DNA from: Catajapyx aquilonaris
Lineage: Eukaryota
Direction of reading: 5' to 3'
DNA length: 64,000 nucleotides
Assembly: GCA_000934665.2 (NCBI GenBank)
Contig: KZ538210.1
Location: 1 to 64,000, forward strand
Of this stretch, positions 11,160 to 26,761 are shown one piece after another; position 1 is the first letter of the stretch; each line of letters opens with the position of its first letter. The notes under the pieces were generated by a model that was not told the origin of the DNA, did no database searches, and was given only the letters and a program-made list of their open reading frames with translations. The translations under genes and the position numbers were made by a program.

Positions 11160-14100
11160 GAGGAAAACCAGCAGTGCGACTCGGTTTCCCAAGCTGCTGT
11201 TTGACGTCACGACCGGCCGCAATAACCGGGATTTTTGAAGTTCCCTATCCACCCTTCTTCAACCCCCACCTTGCTCATGTACGAGTGTGCAAGAGAATTT
11301 TATGCAAAATTGCAAATTTCAATGGCTTATTCGGTGCAGCAATTTAACAGCAAGGGAGGTAACCACTCTACTGAAAAGTGTACACTGGAGTACCAATTTC
11401 AAAGGAGTACCAAAGAGTAAGGAGTACCTGGGAGTACCACTCGCAGGTGTACACCTGAGTACCGGAGTGGTTACCCCCTTGAAGAACAGATTTCAATTAT
11501 ATGTGGTATAAATGCATTGAAACAAGGATCAAACAAAAATTCCGTAGTAAACATGTTTCACTAGAGAGTATGACCAGAAGAAATTGCGACATGTCGATAT
11601 GACGTATGTAAATTAAAGGCCTGCAAGGTTTTCTTGGCATAAATTGCGTTAGAGAACTGGGAAGGGATTCACCAGGTGATTTCGCTGTCTTTGTTTTCTT
11701 TTTAAAAGGCCGATTTTTTTTTTTTTCGATGGGGAAAAACCTTGTTACGTCCTCACAATTTCCATTGAAGTTACAGGTTGTTTTTTTAGCGTTTTTTACG
11801 GGTTACGTCAAAAGTGGAAACTAGTATGCGATAGGTAGGTCGTCACTGATATTCTCGTTAAACGATAGCTTGTTACATGGTGCGTGTTAATAATTGTTAA
11901 CAATTTAAAGTTCTGCAGAGTTCTAAGATCAACGATAACGAAGTTTTATAGTGGAAGGTGTTAGTATGGTACGTTAAAGAGGGTAGGCCCTATCACTAAT
12001 AGAACGACAGGGAAACCCCTGAGCATAGCTTATTTTATTATTCGGTATGAGGAAAAGGGAATATCAACTTTATAGGGGACGAAAGCGTAGTATGTTAAAT
12101 TGTCATGTTGCCAAAATACTATTTTTAATGGAAGTTGGAAATGTAAGAAAGCCGGGCTGCTTATAGACGAACTGAACATTGAATAAACAAATATGAATGT
12201 TTCCTAGAATTCTAGGAAACGTAATGTGTACTTCTGATAAAGCGATCAGTTCCAAGGCAAGGTGTTCGCCCGTATGGCGGCCTGGTGGCAAAGTCGAGAC
12301 CGTTAATAAGTCTGTTTGCGAAAAGGTAAACACCTGAGATCCAGGGGAAAATGTCAAAGGGAAATTGCTGTCTTGCGAGGACTACATTCGATTGGATTTT
12401 CTAGCATGATATCATGGCAGCCGCGACTCAGGCATCCGAATTAATTGACTGCCTTCCAAACCGGGCGTGCTGATTGCCAAATTAACCCAATGTATCCTGC
12501 CATAATTCGAATTTAGGTTTTGCTGGTTAGCTGTACAGAGCAATAATTCCAGTGATGTTGGTCGTGGATTCCATTCACTGAGGGTATACGTTACTTCAGT
12601 AAAGAGTGCGAGCAGTTGAAGTGCTCAGTATTGAATGTGCTTCATTCTGAATCCTTGCTCTTCATTACTTGCCAGTCATTTCGGTGTAAGTCACAGACGC
12701 CTTTTATGTAATCCCCGAGTGCTGATTATAATCAACCGTCATTCCGCACATTCTTCGCCCGAGGTAAAATTGGCAATATCCATCCTTTTCCTTATGCCTG
12801 GCGAAGGTGACGTCATAGCAGGACTTGTTGCATACGTGAGGACTGCAGGAGATTTTTGAATTTTTCTCTCTCTCTCCTGTGAGGTAGTGAAAAACAATAT
12901 TGCTCTTGGGGATGGTAGTGAGTGAGTACAAGTCGGGAGGGTAAACGAAAGTTCAAGCCGACAGACGCCCCCATGTAATGGGAATCGGATCAAATTGACG
13001 GCCATCAGTCGAGTTTGTCACTGATACGTGCGAGAACAAAAGCAGATGGGGGAGTGTTGGAAACGGATGTGCGTCATTTAGTCGTAGGAGCCACCAAAAC
13101 GACAGGGACACACACAAACACATGCTGACTATACTTCCGAGAAACTTGTCTCCCCAAGTTTTGCGGATACCTTGTCACGTGACGTCATTGGGCCATTATG
13201 AACGCGCCCGAAGATTCAATCATTTCTGATCACGTCACCCTCCGGGGGGTATTGATTTTCCGATTTCGATATAGTCGATTTAAACGGGAAGCCGCCATTG
13301 CACCCTCTCTCGCTCTTCTTTTTGCAGCCCCCTGTCAAAAAAAAAAGAAGTTTTGCTCGATTGATTGATCATACAGACTTATGAATGGTTTTGTAGCAGC
13401 AGCGCAGCCCATGTGAATTCACCCTTGGGTGACGCCAAGTGAGCCAATTCACTCGCAGGGTGGGATGAAAGGGAGGGTCGCGAACTCGTAGTCCGCGCTT
13501 GGAAGTGGGTCACAGGATATAAAAGTTGGGGAGGAGAGAAGCCGCTGACGTACCACCCTCCATTGGTACAGATGATGAGGCCCTGCACTTTCCCTGTATA
13601 AATCCATACAACGCCACATCCTTGCTTACATCCCGTTTGCGGCTTGTTTACCTGACTTTCCTCGCCGGGTACTGACGCTGTGCAATTATTTTTTCCACGC
13701 CTCTTGAGCTGTTTTCCGCCAGGCCGCACAGGCAATCGGGAATCATTTTCAAGGGGAGAGCTGGGGTAGGGGAGGAGACCTCGCAGACGTTTGATTAATT
13801 TATACGGGGCTATATTTGGGCCGGCGTGTAGCGCCACAAACTGAATGGGAGTTAATATAGCAGAAGGACGAAGCGCCCCAGGAACAGCCTCTCTTGTTGC
13901 TTGGCTTTAGAGGCGTTTGGGGGTTGGGGCGCTTTGTGGAAGTAACGGGTCCCCGTGCGAAAATCGGACTGTGTAAAATAGCTCACTGACAATAGCCGAT
14001 TGTGTGCACAACACAAATGGCTTCATTGCTTGGGAGTTCTCCCATGTCTTTGGCAGGTTGTTTACTGTTAATCTAGTCGCATGAGTGCGGATCGCAGCTT

Positions 14101-15500
14101 CCTTCTTCAGGCATTAAAAGAGTGTGCGATGGGGAGGGTGTTGCCATGACGATCCGTCTTGTATGCTCCAGGATCAGCAGTAAAGCATAACAGTCTGTTG
14201 ATGGTCCCCCCCATCCCAGGGTCTCCACGACAACAACATCCATTCGAGTCCTCTCAACTACCTCTGTGCAAAATGGCGTCTCAGCCAACCCTCCACCATT
14301 TCCAACTACATGAAACGCTGTATTTTGTTACGTAATTTACCCAAGTAGCCCTATTCATTGCGAAGCCGTGTGGGACCGTGAAAGAGAGACAGCCACCCCG
14401 GTGAGGAGTAGAATGCATGAGAGATGACTGATTGAAAGAAAGGCCACCTGCCCTCCCATTGAGAGGTTGTTGGCACTTGTTGAAAGGACTGCTAATTCGG
14501 ATCATCATTTGAGAAAGAAGCCCCCTTTCACCTAATGAGGGATAGCTTGAAAACAAGTCCGATAGGGTGCTTCCGGAGTGACCTTTCTGTCGATTGCCCC
14601 CCCTTGTCTCGGTGATATATGCTATGAAGCTTGGTTTCATGAAGCCAAAAAGACTTTATCTGCAAATAATCTGAAACTTGTTTCCGTCAAGACGTCAACA
14701 CTTGCTATAACTGGCACGCAAGTAAAAAAGCACCGCGGGTGTCACAGGGACGAACCGGGCGTAAATCGTGCCACGCGATTAATTTGCAGCATTGTGGGAA
14801 AGGTCAAAGAGTTGAGGCGATACCCGATTGATTTTGCAATAATGATGTATAGTTCTGGGGCTATGCATTGCTGTCGATATTGCCTGATGGACGGCGCCAA
14901 TTATATCCGCCGACTCGCAAGCGCCCGAGAGAGGGGGGTACCCCTGCAATACGGGCCTTTTGGGTCATTACACCTGCTGAAGGATTGATTACGTAAGTTA
15001 TCGCCATGCAGGCAGGCCAGACTGCTGCTACCTCGGGAGCCATTTTTGGGGGGAGGTGGGCCGAATCGATTGGTCGGGTCTGGTGCAGGTACCGGTGCGT
15101 ACAGGGTCCATTGTGACACTGGTGTATAACTGGCAGCCGGCACACGGAAGTTGCCTGATTCGGAAGGTAATGGACTTTGCACGTCTTGGCAGTGATCAAT
15201 ACTTACAATCAGGAGCTGTCCAGAGTGGAGCCACGCATGTCATGTAGCCAGAAAGCCGGCGCCTGGCGGACTACCGGAGAACCACCGTATTTTTCTCACA
15301 GTAGCTACAAGCCGGTTCATCATGTCTGCACCGAATTATGAAACACTCGGTGCATTGCACTGATTAAAAATTTTCGCATTATAACCTTGCTTCCATTTTT
15401 CAGTACACAGTGTAGCCCGGGGAAATGAGGTCACGAGCCGTACGCGTCAAAATGGGGGCTTGGTTTATTAACGCATATGGCCGCGCGGGTCCACGCGAAG
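11160..15500. promoter_or_regulatory. CpG-rich intronic block with clustered bZIP/bHLH/SRF motifs (candidate enhancer or alternative promoter)
   Basis: TGACGTCA at 11202, 12808 and 13180; GTCACGTGAC at 13174-13183; TTACGTAA at 14328 and 14989; CArG CCATTTTTGG at 15040-15049; TATAAAA at 13518-13524. Confidence 0.45.
11351..11481. mobile_element. Small MITE with internal GGAGTACC repeats
   Basis: TIRs CAAGGGAGGTAACCACTC and GAGTGGTTACCCCCTTG. Confidence 0.7.
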
Positions 15501-16392
15501 GCAATGCTTATGCATAAAATTGTCTCTCAGATTGTAATTGAGATGACGGGGCTACCGACAGTCCCCGAAGCATCGTCGGCGCTGTCGGTGCCACCACTCC
15601 CCAAACGGTTCTGCGCGGGTGTGTCGTAGCCCGTGTGCTCGGGAGCAGGCGCATTTGACGCAACCCCCCTCCCCATCGTCGCTCAACCCCACCTATCTGC
15701 CCCCTCATTCTTAGAACCCCCCGCCCCCTTTACTACTTCCACACCCGGCCCAGCCCCTCGCCTTTTTTTCCCCTGCCCCGGCCCTGCCCCTACGGTGCCC
15801 CCAGCTCCCCCCCACCCCCCACACCATTGACGGAAAAAAAAGTCTCAAAACCCTGTAGAGGCGCCATCTTGTACACTGGCGCCGGTGCCGGCTGTGTAGG
15901 TGGTTCAAAAAAACCTAACCTCCCAACCCCACCTTACACACAGGCATACACACCTTTTAACCTCTCAGCCAGGGCACTACCCCATTCAGAAGGTCTCAAC
16001 CCCACCCTTTTTGGGGGGGGAGGTGTGATGTGTTGACAGGAGGTGACCACTTATAGGGTGGTGCAGAGATATTTTGTGAAGGTGCAGTTTAGTTGGATGG
16101 ACATACTGTTCAGAAAGGTTTTCCAAATTGGACTGTTGCCATGCTGCACGTTGGCTGGCGATGGACTCAGCGAATTGCAGGGCAAATGACACGCATGGGA
16201 GAAAAGGACTGCAGTGCTCGTTGCCCTACCATTTGTTGAGGACCCTGAATCGATGTTGTGCTTAGGTTACATCCAGAAAACAAAGTTGCTGTTGCATGGT
16301 GAATGTCCGACAGGATGTTGTGTTGAGATAATTATGAAGGCTAACAGCTACCGTCCTTTCCTTGCAGATAATTCTTCGTGTACATTGCAAGA

Positions 16393-19717
<3,325 letters not shown>

Positions 19718-22700
19718 CCTCCCAGTCTCCCCTCACCCCCCACCCCCAACATCCCCCAACTTTTGGGGTAGTTTGAATGGCACAACTGACAACGCCGTTG
19801 GAAATTTTACAAGAGCAAGAGAGAAAAAGGAGAGGGAGATTGAAGGGAATGAAAATCATCATCAGGATTTATAATGGAAGCTGAAGAAAGGAGAATACAA
19901 AAATTATGACATTGTTTGGATGACATGCAAATACAAGCAAAAAATCTTATGAGTGCACATGACACAGATTGCTGCACACACATTGTGTAGTCAGTGCCCA
20001 ATTTTTTTGGGAGAAAGCGATGAATATTGTAAGTGTGATTATTTTAAATTTTTCGTTTCAAAAAGGAGGGAACTCGGCACAGTTTCTGTTGGGCGGAATA
20101 TTTCTGAGGCATGTTTCCTATTTTTATTGGATGAGATTTGGGATGTGGTCCCACACCAAATGCAGTTCCTCGTTTTGTTTTGCTCTAATTGGGGGGATGT
20201 GTTTGGAAGAAGTGCTTGCTTCTTCAGCACAGTTCAAATTGTTTCCTGTCGATTTTCTTCTACGAAATTACTCTCGGTAATGCATATTAAGGTGTTTGCT
20301 ATGCTTACTGCACTCTTGTAAAGTATGGTTTAAACAAACTGCTTTGCCATTAGCACTATACAGGTTATCCTCCTCTATGATCATTTCAAATGGTATTTGT
20401 TCTCACTGTCCTGCTGCCTCTATGCTTTAGCCTTTTTTCCAACGCTGAGAAATGAAAAGTTTGTTCTGGATAGCTTGCAAGGTGTTTAATGTGCAAACAA
20501 GCAAACAAAAAAATAATAAACAAATTATAATAGAGAAGGATACGAGCAACAAAGGCGGACAAAGGTCAAGTGTTGCGCATGTCATGATTGTGTGTCACCT
20601 TGTCCTGGGCTGCAACTATTGTGCTTGACAGTGCAATGATGCCCAAAGCCAATGCTATAAAAAAATAGAAAAAAAAACACAAAGACTGTGACATTGTAGT
20701 GTATTTATATCAAGGGATATGTGTTCATAACTTTTGCCTCCAGTGGCATTAGGGGGGTGTAAAGAAAGAGAAGGAATGCCTTACGTGGCAAAACTTTTTT
20801 CGCAAACCTACGAGGGGATGAGAAAAACAAAAAGAAAGGTATCACAGGTGTATGAGAGATTCCCTTTACTTGCTTGTCTGCTTTCCTTGGTATACATGTT
20901 CCCAAACAAGTGACAATGCAGTCTTGAAGAGTGTCATTCTTTTATTGGGACCACAAATGGTAATTAGTAGGGATTGAAACTGATCCTTGTTTTTTTATCG
21001 TCTCTTTTTTTGGGACATTGTTCAGAGAGTAGTGGCGGGAGACCTTTCACATAAAACAGCCTGCCATTTCAACTGGATAATGTTAGGATATTCTTAATGC
21101 TTCTGCAGTTTTTTCTGCCCAATTCCTCTTTAGGTGAAGTTGCTTTTTACATGCGGAAAAAAGAGGTCATAGCTTGCCCTGTAGCTTTTAGCCAGAGAGC
21201 AGTATAAAAATGAAAGAAAAAAAAACGAGCTAGCCGAGTTCTTGTTGCCAATCCAAGTCGTAGTGGTGGTGAAGTTAGGAGGGCTGCTGTTGGTAGGTGT
21301 GTCTTTTTTCATTGCCACTGTGTGACAAACCCCCACTCTGGTAAACTATAACTCTAGCTCCCAAAATTGTCTGCTTCCCACCCCCCATGACCATCCTATC
21401 CTCTCCTTTATGATCCCATATCCAAAAGTTCCCCAAGTCTTTCGCTGCGCCAATATATGAACATGCCCAAGTGAAAGAAACTTGCACATCCTCATTATTT
21501 TTCCCCCCGTTTGTTTTATTTTGTACAAAGTGACAAGAAACATGTTTAACTGTGGTATTTACAATCCTGTGAGTGGATTTTTTTCTCTCGCACCAAATCC
21601 CTGCTCTCTCCTCTCCCATAACCCCCATTTACCCCCCAACCCCCCACACTGCTCTCTGAGAAGTGGGAGCTGAATCTTGTTATGCATTAAACGCAATTAG
21701 TTCCTACGTATGTGGTTGAGGGCATCTTGATAAACCAGTTGTTTTAGACCCACTATTATTGTTTCGCTGGACTGTTGTCAGCTGAAGTAATATCTTTGGA
21801 AAGACAAAAGGGAACACAACCTCAACCTTAAACCTAATCCATCCTGTGACCCAAAGGAACAAACATTTCCAAGAATTTTCATCCTGGGCTCCTGGCATGA
21901 ATTTAGACTTGGGCAACAAATGAAGTGTCAGTATCCCTCCCCAAGACCATGACCAACTAGGAGGAAATGTTGAGATGGATTCAATTTTTTTTGGCATTTT
22001 TTTAAAGAAACAGACAATTATATTCCCCATCCTCTCACTTTCCCATTTGAATGCTTGTGGTTTTTATGCTTGCAAGATGATACCGTGCTGCTTGACAAAA
22101 AAAAAAAGAAAGGAAAAAACACCAAAACCCCAAAAAAAGAAGAAAAAATATTGTGTCTTGTTTGAGTGGAAGAGAACTTTTTAACTGTTGCATTGAACTA
22201 TGCCCTGACAAAAAAAGGAAAACAACAGAATACCGGGTTCTGCATCCTTTAATGAGGAAGTAATTTATTTATAATCACGTACAAGTTTTGGTCCCAGAAT
22301 ATTGTAATTATTTAGTCTTTGTTTTTGGGAAAAATATATATATATTGTAAAGTGCTCACTGGACACTGCCTCCCCTTAGCCCTACGCCACTTTTCAAATG
22401 GTGTAATAAGAAAATCTGATAACTTGTCTTATGACTAAGGTGGCCTTTTGTATCACGCGGAGGTTTGTAGAATTGCCAATACTTTTTTTTTTCAAACCAT
22501 CGCAAAACTGAAAAGGGCTCAGGGTCATTCTACTTACCTCCGCCTGGTGACATTAGGCCTCTCTCTTGTGGGCCCCTGGTCTTTTTTAAATCCCCCACCC
22601 CCTTTTTCTAACCACAATTTTTGCCAGTCAATAGTGATTCATTATCTGCTGCTGCTAGATCTTTGCACATACTTTGCAAAAAAAATAAACTAACAATTTT

Positions 22701-25369
22701 ACATCAAAGGTGCATTAGATGGGGGCTGAGGGGGTGGGGGAAACCAGGTGTGGAGTTGTTTAGGGGAGGATGTGAGGGACGTTGAAACTTTTTTGCTGTA
22801 ACCCGGTGAGGACAAGCAGGGAGCACATGAAAAAAAAAACCAGTGCAGTGGATGGTTGTACGTATGTCCGAGTTTCTTACATGAGTAGTTCTTTTTTCCC
22901 TCCCAACCCATAACCCCTGCCTGGCAAAAACCATGTACATTTGACAAGAAAGCAAAACCTACAGTAATCCTTGTAGGTGGGGCCCTGCCAACCCCCCCCC
23001 CCTCCCCCCCAACAATCATTTTACCCATCCATTCCCTTTAAAAACAAAGTGCAGCGTGTTGTTAGCAATTATGTATTCTTGCTTGGCGATTTCTGGCCCC
23101 ACTCCCCCCACTTCAACCCCACAGTTTGAATCCCCCTGCCCTCCCCATGCTATGAACATTTTTTGTACAGAAACAATTCCCATGCTGTACATATGGCGTA
23201 GTGCCCTGCCCACCCATTGTAAAAAAAAATGAGAGAAAAAGTGTGGGTTTGTTTCCTTTTATTGCTCCTGCCAGTTTGATTCATGAGTGGGCTCCCTCAA
23301 ATGTTTTCGCAAGTAATGAGGATGATTTGTCAAGTAGCGGGGCGCAGTGATTGAAAAATCTATTAAAACGCTTATGCCCACTCGGAAACGAACAAGGCAG
23401 CAAACAAGTGTAGCCGTGTAATTTTAGGGGCATAGGTCCTTTTTTTTAAAACCACCCTACTCCACCCACTTTCTGACAATTCCTGGCCACGACCTTCCTG
23501 CAGTGGGAAACCAAACCACACTTTTTTATTATTTCCGCCACCCTGTTTTTAAATAATGAAGAAAAAAAAAAGAAAACCAGCCTTGGCTCAAAGAGGCAAC
23601 AAACGTGGGGGGCACCAATTTTGCACTGCCTGGTCTGCGAGTGCAGTCCTGGGAGGGTGAGAGAGCGAGAGCATGAGCGTTTGAGCGAGTGTGAGAGAGA
23701 GCAAGAGAGAAAAGTAAAGCATTTTGAAAGATAAAAAACCCCAAAAAAATGTATAAGCTATGGACCACGGCCTCACAACCCCAGGAGCAGAGAAGAAGCA
23801 GCGCCTGCAGCAGGGAGTAGATTTTTTTTGACACTGTCATAAAAATATTGTAGCTTATGAAAAAGTCCTGTTTGTGATTTGTCATGTAAGTAACCATCTC
23901 ACTTGTCCAATAAAGCTATTTGTCTTTAAATACCCAAAGATCTCTTTGTTGGAGGCAGGGGAAGGAAGGGCAGGTCTTTGTGTTCGTCATCGTGGATGTT
24001 GGGAAATGATGTTGCGTGAAATGTGCCTTCAAGACCAGTTGGATCTGGCAGAAGAAACTGACCAATTGCCATGCTGTACATTACCATACAATGTTACTGC
24101 CGTGCGTGCTGCCAGGAAAGAAAGTGCAGTACAGTACACTGTTCCTTCTACGTATTGTTGCCATGCTCCGGTCTCAGGACCATCGTCCATGCCAGTCCGT
24201 CTGAGATTAGAATAATTAATATTAATGACTATTGGAAGAAACTTTTCCATTTTTAATCACATGTAACTATGTAAGCATCACAAACATGTTTTGAAAGGCC
24301 TTGAAAAGAGTACATGGGAAAAAGTGATTAGCCTTTGATAATAATAATTGAGGCCTTTTTTTTTTTTGCATAAACAACTTATGTCAAAAATGGGCGAAAC
24401 TGAATTATGACCACCACATCATAGTTCCAAGCTTTGGGCTCTTCATGGTTAAATATAGGAATGCAAATTCACCTTATGCATGCTCAGCATAAGTCTTTCC
24501 GAGCTGAATATTTATCGAAGTGAACAGCACTATGAACAGCTATGAGGGAGTAGCCAGAAATTTGGATCAGAAAGATGTTTTGTCATTGTTGTTTCATTAC
24601 TTGTCACTGCACCTTCCTGCTGACTGTCAAACCCTTATACCTGCTTATACTTATCAGTGACAGATGAAATCATAAGACTGAAGATGTGTAGGATTCAATG
24701 AACGCATTATAACTTAAAATCATGAATTTGTGTTGAATTATGATGAGAAGTGGAACATTATGCATTATTTATTCCACCTTTTACATAAGCAGAGCATTTA
24801 TGCCAGTATCCGTCAGGATTGTTTTTTTTAATTTATTTATTTTTTAAATAACAATCCTACTGCTGCTTGGAGATATTGGAAATCCATGCCCTATATCACA
24901 TCAGTATGTCCCTGAGACACTATTTTTATTTAAAGTGAAACTCTACTTTTGAAGAGCAGGAAATGTTTCTTGTGTCCTCTGAAAGGTGATTTTTTTTTGA
25001 CATGTTTTTGCAAGAAAAAAAGGCTTCAATTATTGTAGTACCAAGAGTGATTACACCTGTAGTAGTGTATGTTCTGTACTCAACCCTCAAAAACAATGAC
25101 ATCATATTTCTCTTGGAAAAAAGGTAGTCAGAAATGAATGAGAAGCAAGTATCCAAACCTGCTCCCATCAAGTGCTGCTGCAGCATATTGTCAACATGTC
25201 ACACACTCAATTTCTTTACCACCATCACTCTTTGATGTAATGCAATATTTTATTTTTGTATTCTATTTATTAGAACTCTGCAAGATAGGACACAACGTCC
25301 TTGAAATTCCCACCCCACCCCGAGCACACACGATGCAATTGAGCCTGGAGATAAACACACTTCCTCCCA

Positions 25370-25580
25370 ACAAAAGTGATTAGCACTTCCTGCCGCTCTT
25401 CGTATCTCCCTCCATCCACCCAGAGCCAGTTCTTCGTCCCGGTTAAGAGATGGCGGCTAAATCGCCGCACCTCCCCTGCCCATTAGACTGTGCTGCCACC
25501 TTTCATCCGGGACGCCAAGCCTGAGCGAGAGTGTGACGTAATGGTGAATCAAGCAATGGCGGCATTATTGCCACGGATTT
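25370..25580 (+). promoter_or_regulatory. Probable CpG-rich promoter region upstream of the P5B-ATPase
   Basis: Abrupt CpG enrichment with CACTTCCTG (ETS-like), TGACGTAA and AGATGGCGGC (YY1-like) motifs. The transcription start is not determinable. Confidence 0.35.
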
Positions 25581-26207
25581 GTGTACACAGCGATTTCACT
25601 TCAACCAGTGCTCCTCTCTCTCTGTGCACTCTAGAAGAACCCATCGGGAGCAGCAGGGGTCAGGCTGGATCTTCCCCACTTGGCGGGTGCTAATGACCCT
25701 CGCATCTAATCAGATCGGGAGTGGGTGTGCAAGGGGAGCTGACCTTGGCTTTGTGCATGCTTATCGCAGCTGTTCGAAATGGTCAAATGTTTTTATGGAG
25801 GAAAGTATAACGAGTGACGCACTTGACTAACAGGTCTGCTGGCACTGCTGAGCTGAGGCACGCAGTATACTCAGGAGGTATGCTGCCCAGCTGATGAGCC
25901 CTGCAGCTGGTCGTAGCCGTAGTGGGAATGGCGGACCACCAAGACACCCAACGATTGCTGCCAGGTAATCTGTCAACTTCATGGCAGCAGAATTTTAGAT
26001 GTCAACAAGGTGTGGGTAGACCATTTGAAGCACCATGGCGTCAGTATAACCATGGGAAATGGCCAGTCTTGGACTACTCAAGCTGTAACTTGCCTTTGTG
26101 GTTGGCTGGTATGTTACAGTTGGTTAGGATGGAATTCCCCAAGAGAACAAGCCAAAATCCAGCCAGAAAATTATGGAGGTGTAGGGGGGGAATCCCATTT
26201 AAGATTT

Positions 26208-26761
26208 GGTATCCCGACAATTGGCTGCAGGTCAACTGGCTGCGGTAAAAATGGCTGCTGCCTTTTAGTTGCCGATTAACTTGGCTGCGGTCAGAGTTGC
26301 TGGATCAAATGGGTAGAGGCATAAGGTTTTTGCAGAATGAAAATCGGAGTACATAAATGCAACTTGGCCTTTAGGCTATTAACGGAAAAGGCTGTGCTGT
26401 ATGGCTTAGGGGTGACCGCACCAATACTGTCTGTCTCGTGGCCCTGCCAGGAATGGTACGTTGCCCATGTGTGATAATTTTAGTTAATGCGGAGGGAAAG
26501 CGGAGCTGGGCGCTTATTGTGAGTTTTGAATCTGCAACATTTACTGAATTGTGGTGCTGCAGGCCAACGAACATTATTGCGGCTTTGCCAACCTTCAAGC
26601 TGATGCTGATAATATACGTGTCATTAATTGTGCCCCTGTGTTCGATGAATTTTTCATTGCGACAATGTCACGGCAGCCAAATGACCCACGGCCAGTTGAC
26701 CTGCAGCGAATTGTCTGACAGCCAGTTGACATGTTGACCTGCAGCCAAAAGTCGTAGATTC
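26208..26761. mobile_element. Non-autonomous DNA transposon with subterminal tandem motifs and an 8-bp target-site duplication
   Basis: TAAGATTT flanks both ends (26200-26207 and 26762-26769). TGGCTGCAGGTCAACTGGCTG on the left recurs inverted and repeated on the right (CCAGTTGACCTGCAGC). Confidence 0.75.

Noticed and set aside
14578..15199. ORFs of 93-136 aa in the intronic CpG-rich block
   Set aside because: No recognisable motifs, and ORFs of this size are expected by chance in GC-richer DNA.
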